From Camelus dromedarius (lineage: Eukaryota), in contig NC_087436.1 in NCBI RefSeq assembly GCF_036321535.1, positions 93,186,001 through 93,250,000 of the forward strand: DNA of 64,000 nucleotides, given 5' to 3'. Below the pieces are notes generated by a model. That model did no database searches. It was not told where the DNA came from and saw only the letters and a program-made list of their open reading frames with translations. Of this stretch, positions 37,867-50,280 are shown piece after piece (the stretch's first letter is position 1; every line of letters starts with the position of its first letter). The position numbers and the translations under genes are program-made.

Positions 37867-38706
37867 TGTTGTGTGGTTTTTCAACACCACCAAGCAGTTA
37901 ACTCAATGCTGACACTATTTACCTCGAGACAGTGTGAGATCACCAAGGTTAAGGGCTCAGCCCATTAAGACTGCCCCCACCTCAGATACCAGAGTCAAGT
38001 CCAGGTTGTCAGCTGTGTTTCAGACCAACTGGCTATAAATCAGAGGTTCCCAAGAACCCCTCCTTGAGCTTGATTAATTGGCTAGAGTGGCTTCTGCAAC
38101 AGAGACACAGTTACTTATGCTTAACTAGTTTATAACTACAATAAAGAATATTGTAAAGGATACAGAGTGCAGCAGGATGAAAAAGTACACAGGGCAAGGT
38201 ATGTGGGAAAGAGCTTCCATGCTCTCTGGGTGCACCACTCTCCTGGAATCTCCATGTGGTGTTCACCAACCCAAAAGCTCTCCAAACCATGTCCTTTTGG
38301 GGTTTTGTGGAGGCTTCATTATGTAACATGGTTGATTAAATCATTGGCCATTGGGGATTGGTTCAACCTCCAGCCCCTCCCCTCTCCCCAGAGGTCAGTG
38401 GAGTGGGACTGAAAGTTCCAACTCTCTAATCATGAGGTTGGTTCCCCTGGCAACCAGCCCCCATCCTTGGGGCTCTCCAAAAGTTACCTTATTCAGGTGT
38501 GGCTGAAAGGAGTTTGTTGTAAACAACAAGATACTCCTTCACCTTTATGCAACTGGAACTATTTCAGAAACTGATGACAAAAGACCAAGCATTATAACAA
38601 AAGTTGCTCCCACTGCTCTTAGTGCTTAGGAAATTCCAAGGGTTTTAGGCGCTCTGTGCCAGAAACAAAGACCAAATACGTACTGCTTATCGTAAATCAC
38701 AATAAC
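37867..38706 (-). mobile_element. MER21C-like LTR
   Basis: Reverse complement begins tgttattgtgattt...tatttggtc...ctggcacagagcgcctaaaacccttggaatttcctaag (MER21 start); internal tggctataaatcagaggttccca. Confidence 0.88.
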
Positions 38707-40578
38707 AAATCAGTAAAGAAAACATATGTGATATAGGATGGGGGTAAGTGGGGAAGTATTCATTGGAAAAGAGCAAGAAAAAGGAAAAAATGATGGAAAG
38801 GACAAATTGGAAAGGAAATTCAAATGAAAAAGGAAGAAGAGGAAGAAAAGTCAAGGATATAAATGGGAGTAAAGTAACAGAGGCCTCTGGTTTTCTTTAA
38901 TCAAACTGCCTGCGTGCTCCAAAGCAGAGGCAACAGGTAGAGAACAACACTCGACCTGCCATTAGAAACCAATATAAAGACCAATGAATGTGCCTCAAAC
39001 CCTTAATTTTGCTAAAATTACTTATGATTCACATTTTAAATTAATGTTTCAAAACCCCCTTTCTCCTTAGCTTCTGGCCAAGAGTTGCCTGCTTCTGTTC
39101 ATGTGGATTTCCCTGGAGCCTTCCTTGACTTCATCCTACAGGTTTGGCTCCTGTAACATTAAACCCTAGACCTCCAAGGTCTGGAGATGCCACAGGCTCG
39201 GGGGCCAAACAGATACCTGTCAGCATCATTAAAGCCATCGTCTTAACATTTGGAAAAGATGGATTTAACAAAAAGCTTTAAAATAACTAATATATGTACA
39301 CATTCATATATGTAATCTGTAATATAATACATACATTTTTAATAAAATTATTCAAATCCATTCCTTTCAAATTTAAATACCTATCTATCTATCTATTTAC
39401 TGACTTAGCTACGTGATTCTGACAAATGAAATTGGAAAGTATTTTAATGACTAATCACCAACACACTACTAACCAGGATGGGAAACAAAAACGCATCCAC
39501 AGAAATAGCAATTCTTACAATTTAAAAAAATCCATTTCATTCAATTTGCTGAAACCATGTACCTACCTAATTACCATGACCCCCACAGTTCTCAAATGCA
39601 ATTTTTTTGTTGTTGTTACATCTAATTTCAATTAATCACCATGATACAGCTAAGAAACTTTTTAACAACAAATCATCAAGGTCTGTGCAGGAGCCTGCCT
39701 AAATTCTTGGCATTTTTCTAACCATTTCCTGCAAGACCACGTGCTCAGCAGGCAGTCACCGTGGGACACTCAGGGAGTTGTTACTCGGCCATAGCGTCCT
39801 CAGCTCTCTGTGCACACGTGTGTCTGTGCATGTGTATGAGCCCAAGTGCATGCACCATGTTCCTTCTAGAACTATGATTTGTTTGGTTTTTTTTTTTTGA
39901 TCTTCCACCTTTTTCTTATTACCAAAAGGTAACACCAAAAGGTAAGCAATTAAAATAAGTCACCAAGAATTATGAAACATAGTAATGCAGGGAAAAAAAA
40001 ATCCCACATGTGAACATACGAGTTTTAATGGTTTTTCGATGAGTACATTCAGAAGAACCATGGCTTTGCTTAAATAACTCCAGACGACATCAGAATCACC
40101 TCATGCCCGTCAAGTCTTTAGAAGGTCGGTCTACGAATGTGGTATTTAAGTGCAAGTACATTTTTAAGATTGAAAACAGCAATTTATCACGAAAGTGCTG
40201 CTGTTAATCGTGAAATTCTCTTTCTCCCTACGTCCTCCGCCCTTCATTCCAGGAGAATGCAGTGAAGAAATGAAATAAGAAAACCATAATTACAATCACA
40301 TTCCTTCCCTGGGGTCAACCTAATTATCAGCCTCTCACTCCGAAACAAATTTACCTCTTTAAGAATGAACGTCCTTTTCGCTCATGGGAAAAATACAAAG
40401 ATTAAGATGCCATTTCGGCATAACTGCAATCTTTCATTTTTAAGTGACCTCTGAGTTTAATGGCTTCAATGCATTCTCATTCAAGTGGAATATATACTGC
40501 AGGAGAGAACTGTAATAAATGGCACTGTCATGACCCTTAAGTTAGAGCAAAGGAATATTGGAAGATAAATCTCAATTC

Positions 40579-40742
40579 NNNNNNNNNNNNNNNNNNNNNN
40601 NNNNNNNNNNNNNNNNNNNNNNNNNNNNNNNNNNNNNNNNNNNNNNNNNNNNNNNNNNNNNNNNNNNNNNNNNNNNNNNNNNNNNNNNNNNNNNNNNNNN
40701 NNNNNNNNNNNNNNNNNNNNNNNNNNNNNNNNNNNNNNNNNN
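40579..40742. other. Assembly gap (N-run)
   Basis: 164 N. Confidence 0.99.
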
Positions 40743-41591
40743 ATTGCTGAATAGGAAAAGCAGCAAATTTAAAGTACGTAGTAAATCTCAATAATCTATG
40801 AGCCTTCGTGCATCCAAGCTTTGCCAATGTCAAGTTTGTCCATGGCAGGTGAAGTTATAGAATTTGGAAATGTTGGGAGAAAAGAAAGGCTGGAGATGGG
40901 GAGGGGCTTCGAGGCAAAGGACAAGGATGTGAGCTGGACTGAGGCTGGGGGGAACTGGCTAGGACTGGAGCCAGGTAATGCTACACAGTAAGGCTTGTTC
41001 CCAATTCTCTTGGCTAAGGCAGGGGTCTCTCCAGGGAGGCACTCAGTTCAGAGCCCAACATCTATCTTTGCAAATAATTTGCCAAGACTAATTCTACCTC
41101 CAAACACTCTTGCTCTTTGAGGAGAGTGGCTTGTTAAATGTGGTGAGCTTCACTTAAGAAAGGGAATATGTTTAGTAAGAGGTTAACCAATCATATCTTG
41201 AGGATTTTAAACAAGGCTGACCACAATTCCCTCGGTATAAAAGATATGTGAGCAAAATGTTTTCGGGGTAAAAGGTTGAAATCACGTAAAAATGTTAATA
41301 CAAGCAAGGAAATGCGGGAGAAGCAACCGTAACTGTCTTCAGTGAACGTCAGTTCAGAGTGAAAAGAACTAAGGAAGGAAACTAGCAAAACGGAAACAGG
41401 GCTGGCATCAGGGTGATGTGGTAGAATGTAGCACTTGCCAAGTAAGTCATTCATAAAGGAATTACTGAAGGTTTGGGGTCTCAGAATGGAAGCACTTATT
41501 CTCACATTCAGGAATTAAAGGAGAGGCTGTCAGGTAATTTCTCTCAGGACACAGGGCAAAGAGAAACTCAGGGCAGACGGTTAGTAAAATT

Positions 41592-41814
41592 CAGGGGTCA
41601 GCAAACTGTGAGCCATGGGCCAAATTTGGCCCAGTATCTGTTTTTGTAAACAAGTTTTACTGGAACACAGCCCAGCCCATACGTTTATGTACTGTTTACT
41701 GCTGCTTTTGTGCAATGACAGCAGAGCTGAGTCGTTACAACAGAAAACCTATAGCCTACAGAGCATACGATTTTTACTATCTGGCCCTTTATGCAAAAAG
41801 TTTGCCATGCTCTG
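41592..41814 (-). mobile_element. MER58A-like hAT-Charlie MITE
   Basis: caggggtcagcaaact...gggccaaatttggccc...tttttgtaaacaagttttactggaacacagcc...tttactatctggccctttatgcaaaaagtttgcc. Confidence 0.9.
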
Positions 41815-42521
41815 TTATATTTCATGCAATCCAAATTATAGTAAATTCTGAAGAACCTATGCTTGATAGATTTCTACAAACCAGTAACAAAAGATTCTTT
41901 TAAATAGTTCAATAATTAGTCTTGAATTAAGCTTATACTTGACTTTGACATCACTGTGTATTCATATATTGAAAAACATCCCTGCAGTGGTTACGACAGA
42001 TAGGACATTCCTGCTTTGCCTGTTTTTGGTCACTTTCACTGCGATTCCAAATGCTGCCACTAAGAGGTAACACCTAGAGTAGATGGAAAAAAGTAGTGCC
42101 TTTTTTGGCAACTGAGAGCCAAGACGGTGCTCCTTCCATGAATCCACTTAATTTTAACCATGAATTTAATCTTTAAAGAGTGCTTTTTTATAGCTTATTT
42201 TGGAATTACTGGTTTCCCAAGTTGGAAGGCAACTTGTTCACTCTTCACATCTTATAATGGAGAGAACTGAAGCCTGAGAAAACAGAAGATAGTGATGAGC
42301 TGGTCAGTGGTACGGCTGGTCAGGCTCAGCACCCGAGCTCCCTGGATCAGCTCAGTGCTATGGTTAACGTCCCATAGCTTGTATTCCAAATAAATAGATA
42401 GAGATGATGTCTCCAAAGGAGACTTTAAATGTACAACATTCTTAAGGTACATTAACTTTTCCACTAGTTCTTAACAGTGTCATTCTAAATTGGACTTATT
42501 TAAACAGTATTCATGCACAGT

Positions 42522-42935
42522 TGTTGGACAAGGTCAAGTGGACATGACTGCCGGTTAACGCGGCCTGGCCCCCAGCAGTTGGAGGCTCCTCACCGGCTCC
42601 CCTGTCCTTGGAATGTAGGTTCTGCCCCTTGTTCCCACAGTGGGAGCCATTTTCAGGCACTCGGCCCTGAGATAGCAGTGTGTTATTGAGACCATCTGGA
42701 CTGAATATGTGCCTGACCCAGTTAAAGCTTCCATATAAACTTTTAAGATTCTGGTGAGATTCTACTCATCTTTCAGCCGCCCAAGACAAGCATCATATGT
42801 AAGTTCCCTTGCCCATTAAGGCCGCCACCTATAAATCTGGAGCTATCTGCCTCCTTCTCGGGCTCTCCCTGCCTTCTGTGTCTGGGGACCAGGTTTGAAT
42901 TTCACCCTGGGAAATCCCAAAGTTGCCAACCAACA
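42522..42935 (+). mobile_element. Solo LTR with 5-bp TSD (family not determined)
   Basis: TGTTG...CAACA termini, perfect TSD ACAGT (42517-42521 and 42936-42940), TATAAA at 42734, polyA-like ATTAAG at 42815. Confidence 0.85.
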
Positions 42936-43254
42936 ACAGTGTTGACAATTCAAAAGGAATCAAAAGGAAATCCAGTGAAATAAGTCTCACTGTCACCTGG
43001 GTCCCATGGTGCCCCGACTATAACCTGAAGGTAACCTTGAAGAGTTTCTAAAGAAAATAAACAAAGATATTTATAATTTTTTTAAAGAAAAGACAGGTGT
43101 AGCATATAATATGTCCTGTCCTACAATTTATTCTTCCACTTAGCAATGTATCCTGGAGGTTGAATAATTTACCCTGCAGAATGTGTCATATGGAAATGTG
43201 TCCTTTTTAATACTGGTGGACAGACTGATGTGGAGTTGGTGTGAGGAGAGGCGG

Positions 43255-43475
43255 AGGAGCATTGGCTCTGAAGTCCAACTGACTGAATCCAGAGTCCAGC
43301 TTGGTCACTCACTGGGGGTGTTACTTTGGGCAAGTCCATTAGCATGAGTTTCCTCAACCCTAACAGAGAAACAATGGCAGCAATTCCATGGGTGTCAATG
43401 AGGCTTAAATGTGACAAAATATGTGAGAAGTTAGCAGAGAGCCTGGTGCATAGTAAGTTCTCCATAAATGGTTCT
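43255..43475 (+). mobile_element. MIR SINE
   Basis: ggctctgaagtcc...gaatccagagtccagc...tgttactttgggcaagtc...gtttcctcaac...atgaggcttaaatgtgacaaaatatgtgag...gcctggtgcatagtaagttctccataaatgg. Confidence 0.85.
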
Positions 43476-44794
43476 CTACATTTGTGTGTAAGTATTTATT
43501 TATACTAATGCAGTTCACAGCATTCTACATCAACACTTTCTCTAATACTTTCAGATTTTTCTAATGAAATAAAATACCATTGTATCAGATCCCAGAGCTT
43601 TGTTTCTAATTAGCCAAAGTAGGAAAAATAACAAATACTCTACCAAAAATTTCATAATTTAAAAATTCTTTTTTAAAGCGGTCCCATTTTGTCTTTTATA
43701 TCTAAGAATTGTAGTATTTTTAGTAACGATGGATCCACTAACTCCTCTTTTACACACGTCTAGACTTTTAAACAATCTTAAATATTTCATTATATTCATC
43801 CTTTGTAGAATTATACTTATATGGCAGAAATCTTTCCTGTCACATGAAGATGTAAAAAAAAAATGTAATGTTAGACCTTAATTAAAAGAGCAACCAAAAA
43901 AAAAAAAAACCTGCTAAGATATCAAATTATTTAACCACAAATTAAAAAATAAAAAGCCATAGTTCTCTAAAATACTTGAAATATTTTCAAGATCAAGGCA
44001 GCTGTATTTTTTGCATGTAAACATTGCCCGAGTTATGTACACAGTTTACAGTACACAACAATAAAAGATAACACTGAATTCACATTGCAGAAATGCCCAT
44101 CTGCTTATCTTGTATTTTGCATTCAACTGAGGCCATTTTTTGTAAATATTAGAACCAGATGAGAAGTTCAACAATACAGCTATGAGTGTGAGTCAAGGAT
44201 ATTTATTCACTTGCAATTTTACTAAAAACCACTGTTGCCCACCTATATATTAATACAGTATTTTCAATACTTATTGATGACATGCTTTAAAGGCATGATG
44301 ATGATATTTTTATATTTATGAACCTTCTAAGATGTACTGTTCCCCAACTGTCCTGTCCTACAGAGACAAGTCATGTATTCACTCTACCATTTTTATTGAA
44401 GAAAAGACGGAGCCCCCAACAGATGTGACGCTGTCCTCAGAGACATGCACAGCTAGTCCGCAGCCCAGCTGGGACAGCCTTCATATCTTGGGCCAGTCAT
44501 TTTATATTGCAACTTGGTGCTTTAGAAAGTTCAACTTCAGTTATGTTATCAAAGCACAACAACAACAACCCCCCCCCCCCAAATAAAAGACAGGAAACAA
44601 AGAACAAAAACCCAAACACTATCTAAATACAATGGGAGAATATCAACACTAGGAAACAAAAGGAAAGTGAAAGCGCGTGTCTCCTGGGAGACAGTCAAGT
44701 GTTAGACACGTCGGATCTCACTTGTGTCTGGGTATGACACACAGCGCCATCAGGAGGCACGCCAGACGAAATGGGACCGGCATTCACCTGTTGT

Positions 44795-45369
44795 TGTTGC
44801 GGAAAAATGTGTTACAGCTCGGTGTTACGGCTCAGTTGTGACAGCAACCTGGATCCGGACAAGATACCAACCAGCAGTTGGAGAGTTGGAGAACTCAGGT
44901 TTATTAGGCCAGCAGGCCCAGAAAAGTTAACACTCCAAGCTCTGGACCCCGTCTGTAGTTTTACACAGGCCTTTTATAGGCTGCCAGTTTTACACTTTGC
45001 AACATCATATGCAAATAAAGTATAACAGAAGTTGACCAACCAGGAACAAGCTTTGAAGAAATAGACCAATCAGGAGTGAGAGAAATAACCAATCAGGAGT
45101 GAGATCCATGCAAATGAAGTACTACAAATGGACCAATCAGAAGTTAGGGAAGTGGACCAATCAGAAGTGACAGTAATAACCAATCAGGAGTGAAGGAAAT
45201 AACCAATCAGAAATGAGCTCAGGGAACCAATAGAATTTTAGGTGTAAGTTAGCCGCTTTTAGAGGCAAAAGTGAGATAGAGCTTCCTGGCCAGGGAACCA
45301 GACGGTGCTGGGAGAGCAGCGGCCCTGCCTAGGGGTCCTGCCTGTCTTTTTATGGGGCTTCCTGCCTCA
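44795..45369 (-). mobile_element. ERV1-like solo LTR with CCAAT/octamer array
   Basis: Minus strand TGAGG...CAACA, perfect 4-bp TSD TTGT (44791-44794, 45370-45373), TATAAAA (44972-44978, minus), AATAAA (44900-44905, minus). Confidence 0.9.
45009..45232. promoter_or_regulatory. LTR U3 enhancer array: 7 CCAAT (NF-Y) boxes and 2 octamer motifs
   Basis: CCAAT at 45066, 45089, 45133, 45157, 45180, 45203, 45227 (six as CCAATCAG); ATGCAAAT at 45009 and 45108; function inferred. Confidence 0.6.
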
Positions 45370-45659
45370 TTGTCACCTCCCTACTCCGTAGCAATTTCCC
45401 ACCTGTGATCTCCAAACCCTAAAGCTAGAAGGAGAGAAGTCTGAGAAGTCTGCCCTCTCCGTCTGGCAAGGCAGATTATCTCCGTACACTTCTAAAGACA
45501 TTTCTGGAACACTGGCATAATTTTACACAACAAAAAAATTAAACTTTGGTACCATTCCACGTCTTACTGCATTACACATACAACTACAAACAAAAATAAA
45601 GATATTAAAAAATATCAGAGATACGAGAGCTAATTAGGAAGAACTAATATTGAGGTATT

Positions 45660-46237
45660 TATTTATCCAGCAATTATTTATCAAGTGCCTGCTGTGTGTT
45701 CACACTGCGCCGGCCCAGGGAAGGCAGTAGTGGACGAGACAAAGGACCTGCTGCATAGAACTTGTCTTCTTGGTCCAGGTGAGCATGGGAGGCAGTCGGA
45801 GGAATAGAAAATAAACAAGTAAATAAACGACAGGAAAATTTCAGGTAGCACAAGCGCTGGGAAGTCAGCATAGTAACTCCTGTGGGTGGTTATTTAATGG
45901 GGTGGTCAGAAGGCTGCTCTGGGAGGAACATTTGAGGGAAAAAATGGGATGATACCGAGGTAATAGTCAAAGAAAGATGGAAAACAAGAACTCTGGGCAG
46001 ATTGAACAGTAAGTGGAAAGGCCTGGAGGCAGGAGTGGGCTTAGTATGCTCAAGGGCCAATGTGGCCAAGCCGAGTGAGTGGGAGGAGGAAACACAGGAC
46101 ATGACAGCCAAGGTGGAAACAGCATCCAGGCCCAAGTAAGGCATCGAGATCTTTTTCTAAGTGCAATGTACTTAGTGCATCCGATTTTTAAGATGAAGAC
46201 TGAAACGATCTGATTTGTAGTTTTAAAACATCACCAT
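45660..46237 (-). mobile_element. L2 (L2a-like) 3' region
   Basis: ccagcaattatttatcaagtgcctgctgtgtg...ggggtggtcagaaggctgctctgggaggaacatttgag...aaggcctggaggcaggagtg...atctgatttgtagttttaaaacatcac. Confidence 0.85.
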
Positions 46238-46434
46238 GTACAAGTAGTAGTAAAGTCAGTTTATAATTAGACAGACAGACAAGTTTTGTTTCTTGAAAAT
46301 CACGGGTATCAGATGAACAAAAGATCGTAAACAACTTAGAACACTCAGCAGTGTTAAAACGGCAGTGCAGTGAGTCTGGAGTAAGCAGTCCAGGTTTTCA
46401 TAGGTAAAACACGCACTAGCAATGAGCCGCTGGG

Positions 46435-46560
46435 AAGTCACATGAGCAGAGTCTCAGTTTCCCCTTTCATAAAATGGGGATTTTGAAAACCCGACCTTTT
46501 GTCCAGGACCATGGTGAGGAGCCAACAGGACAATGTGTGTTGCTAGCATTTGGTAAATGG
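46435..46560 (+). mobile_element. MIR fragment
   Basis: gagtctcagtttcccctttcataaaatggggatt...catggtgagga. Confidence 0.55.
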
Positions 46561-46964
46561 TTTCAGAAACTTCTATATCCACTCATTTAGTATATTGGGT
46601 AAGTCCCTTTTCGCTAAGTAAGTACAAGTTATTTCAGTTTCAACTTTTCCATCAGCCAGCTGCCAAAGACTAAAATAAGTTTTACGTATTTTCTTTTTCC
46701 AGCCACCTTTGGATAGAAACCTCATATAGCTGAATCAAGTCAACACATGTGTATCGCTTACCTAAAGCATGTCTGGTGAGAAACGACTAGAAACAGGAAG
46801 AAAAGTTACGATCTTGGATAATCCTCAATTATGAAAAAAGTTAATGACATTGAAGGTAAGCAAATATACATGTGTTTCTTATATGATCGAAATAAAGTGG
46901 TGTCTACTAAACTCTTATATTCTAAATCTAAAACACACCGTGACCTATTTCAAGTAAGGCTGCT

Positions 46965-47105
46965 CCATATGCTTCTTCATGTGCTCAACAAATATTTATC
47001 AGGCATGCATGATGTCCCAGCCCGAACCTGGGCACGGGAGATACAAAGGGGGACAGGGCAGACCCCAGGTCTCTCCCTCATGGGGCATGTTCACTTAGAG
47101 ATTTA
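46965..47105 (-). mobile_element. L2 3' end fragment
   Basis: ctcaacaaatatttatcaggcatgc...ggagatacaaag...tctccctcatggggcatgttcact. Confidence 0.65.
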
Positions 47106-48424
47106 AAACCTTTAGGAAGACCAGAACTGTGGGCACATGTGGTTCATTGTCATGCCAGCTAATGCATGGCCACCATGAATTTTTGAGAAGGTGAATTAAA
47201 GACATACTCTGCACACATTCAGTGGAATCCAGCTCTTAAAATATTTAATATTATATTCCTTGAAGAAACAATTGTTGAGACATCCAGGAATGATATGGAT
47301 GTTCTGATTCAGCCACAGGCTGTATTTTATAACTCTTTGTAACACTTAATATCCAGTTTATGGTAGCCTCTCAATGATGGTTTAATGGTTATAAAATAAA
47401 ACTGAAGAAATCCGTGTCTGTCTGCAATTAAAAAAAAAATTTCTCACATCCCTACTCTGGGACAGAGGTTCTGTTTCATATTGACTTTTTCAGCAGCTTA
47501 TATAATAGCTCTTCAAGGGGCACAATACTGACAATACTGTAGATACATTATGAGACCATCAAAATGTTAGGAAATAAACCAACAGCAGCTTACTTTACTT
47601 TACTGGACTATAATAAATAGTAAAGATAAAATTTTTAAAGGATTGCAAAATTCAGCTTACTGTATACATCATTCAATTCAGAAATTCAAGTCTAATAATT
47701 ATCCTAGAGTTTGGGGGAGAACAGAGAATCGATCTAGACCTTGAACATAGGGTTGGGAAGTTCATGTTTAATCTCATGGGAAATCACTTTATTCTTTGCA
47801 ACAAGAGATTACATCACCATCTCATTTAGTTGGTTTGCACAGCTGCAATAAGTAACTATGATCACAAAATTACCTACTTTGTGTCCCTTTTAATTTGGCT
47901 CCATTGTGTTTTTCTATGTGGTTTCCTTGATCCCTCTCTGGTTTGACTACATATCCTGGACGAAGGTATGCGCACTTTCATGTAATCTAACGTGGCAACC
48001 GTTTTTGAACCTAAGCATGAGATCAATTTAACCTTGACCATAAACCTGTTACAGATGTCATTTTTTCAGAGATTTCTTTTTAGAGTTGCCTGGGCAAAAG
48101 CAGGAAAGTTAATAAACATTCTGAGGTCAAGAGAAATTGACTAAAGTATGGGGGAAAGTGAAACCTGAACCGAAGGGGAGTTTCATACGAACGAAACAGT
48201 GATGGAATGCAAATCACCATCATTAATATCTACCAAATGTTTGTGGGGTGCTGTACGCATCGTCAAGGCGGTGTCAAGTCTTAAGCCACTTGCCTTGAAC
48301 AGACCTAAAGAAGAAATTGTAAGAACTTCAGAAAGTCTTTGTCGACTGGAATTTCCAAGAACTTGGGCCTGTGAATTCTCAGCAGTGCTCTTATTATTCT
48401 AATACAACTCCTGAGGCAGAGATC

Positions 48425-48850
48425 GCTCATCAAACTTGTCTCCTTTCTCCCTAGACACACAGCTAGGCTACATCTCTCAGCCTCCTTTGCAATTTTCTGT
48501 AGCAATAGGACAGAGTCCTGGCCACTGAAATGTGGGCGGAGCGGTACAGGTCACACCCAGGCCTGCCCCCAAAGCTTCTCTCTGGCAATTCTCCGCTCTC
48601 TCTCTTGCCTTCCCTATTTACTAGTTAAATGTCGGGGCCAAGGAAGACCTTAGAAGCCATGTGATGAGGACGGAGTCTCTGTTAGCTGGGGTCCCTGAAC
48701 AGCTCCCTGGAGGAGAGTCAGTCATCTCCACCCACACCCTTCCCTGTTGCCAAAACTGCGCTACATGAGAGTGAGAAGGACATTTCACTGTATTAAACCA
48801 CTGAAGCTACGAGTTTATTAGTTACAGCAGCCAGTGCTGCCTTAACTATG
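48425..48850 (+). mobile_element. MaLR LTR (MLT1J-like)
   Basis: cacacagctaggctacatctctcagcctcctttgca...gagtcctggccactgaaatgtgggcgga...tgtattaaaccactgaa...ttagttacagcagccag. Confidence 0.8.
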
Positions 48851-50049
48851 AAAGCTCTCCAGGAGGTCTTTTCCCAATAAAAAGGGGCCCTACTATGCCA
48901 AACTGTACCCAAGAAAATCCTGTCCTAATATTCAAAATTAAACACCTGGGCATATCCTTCCCCCAAGTCTTGCTGGGAAGGCAGCAGGAGGGAGAAGAGC
49001 TAAAATTTGGGACATTGTAAACAAATTTTTATCTTCCTACATTTGCTAGGGATGAAAAGTCTTCTGACCTATCACTTCTGTTCTTAACACTAAAAAAAGC
49101 AACAGTAGTGAAATAATCTACAAGCATGGAAGGGAACCTCGAGCAATTATCTGAGTATCTGGGAGTCCTCTGATTCATTCATTTTCAATCTCTCTCACAG
49201 TCCAACCTTTGCATGACCATTCCTGCTGTCTAGAAAGTATGTAATTTTTGGATGAGAAGAGGCCTAAAATTCAATTTTAAAAACCTAGAAAAGGAAACCA
49301 TCACCAGGCACATATCTGAGGTCAGAACTGAGGTCAGAGCTCCAAAGCGGCAGAGCTAGGATTACAAACTCGGGTTTCTGCACTGAGAAGTGGGCCCTCC
49401 TACAGTGCTTTACTTCCTGCATTTTAATAACTGATCTCCAGCCACCGATCTCTGCTGCCTTAACCAGTCTGCCCACCACAGCCAAACTGGCCCCATCTAA
49501 GCCCTGACTTTGGTCAAGCAGCTTCTGTGCTCCAATGACTCCCAGGTTCCTGGGTGTCCACAGGATGCCCTCCAAATGCCTTCACCAGGTAATCAAGCTC
49601 CTTCACCCCCAAGCTGCCTTTCCCACAATGACTCCCACGCAGAGTATCCCCCCTACTTTTATAAGCTACATGTTTAAGACAACACATGTGATCAATGAAC
49701 CATGAAAGCTGGCAAGACATGAAGAGAATTTAGTGTAACCAAATGGAGACTGAAGTTACTCCGACACAGGCAATGATACATGTAATCATCATTGTGCTCT
49801 GTAGTAATTATGTATAAATGATTGTAATTAGTATTTCTTTTGCACAGCTAAAACTTGGTATTGCTGGGTTTACTGTCAGGAGGGTGCGAGAAAGCTTGGA
49901 ATGTGAACTTGCTGGGATGAAGCTCTGAAAACTTCTGTATCTGGACTTGAGTGGATCAAGCAGCCAGTTTATCTCCTCGCTCCCCACACATCTTTAGCAA
50001 GGAGTGCTCAGAATCAAGTCCCAGGATTAAGACCCATAAAACTACAAGA

Positions 50050-50280
50050 ATAGTAAGAGCCTCCAGAGACAGGAAGACCTAGGGGTCAAATTCTAACTCT
50101 GCAACTCACTAGGCAAGTTATTTAATCACTCAACTTCAAGTCTCAGTTTCTTCCTCTGAAAAATGGGCACAATAAAACCTATTAGTCATGGTGTGAGAGT
50201 GTAAAATACTGCATGTGATACCCTTGGCACAGGCCTGGTGCATAGTGTGCGCTTTACAACTGGCAGCGATTATTATCATC
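50050..50280 (+). mobile_element. MIR SINE
   Basis: ggcaagttatttaatcactc...tctcagtttcttcctctgaaaaatggg...ggcacaggcctggtgcatagtgtgcgct. Confidence 0.8.

Noticed and set aside
41616-41631. Perfect 16-bp palindrome GGGCCAAATTTGGCCC
   Set aside because: Part of the normal internal palindrome of MER58.
45062-45232. Regularly spaced repeats as a CRISPR-like array
   Set aside because: Eukaryotic DNA, repeats abut without unique spacers, no cas genes, and they sit inside an LTR.
44723-45423. Minus-strand acceptor (about 45424) and donor (44722) that would form an exon if the LTR were removed
   Set aside because: The reconstructed pre-insertion exon has stops in all frames tested, and there is no independent support.
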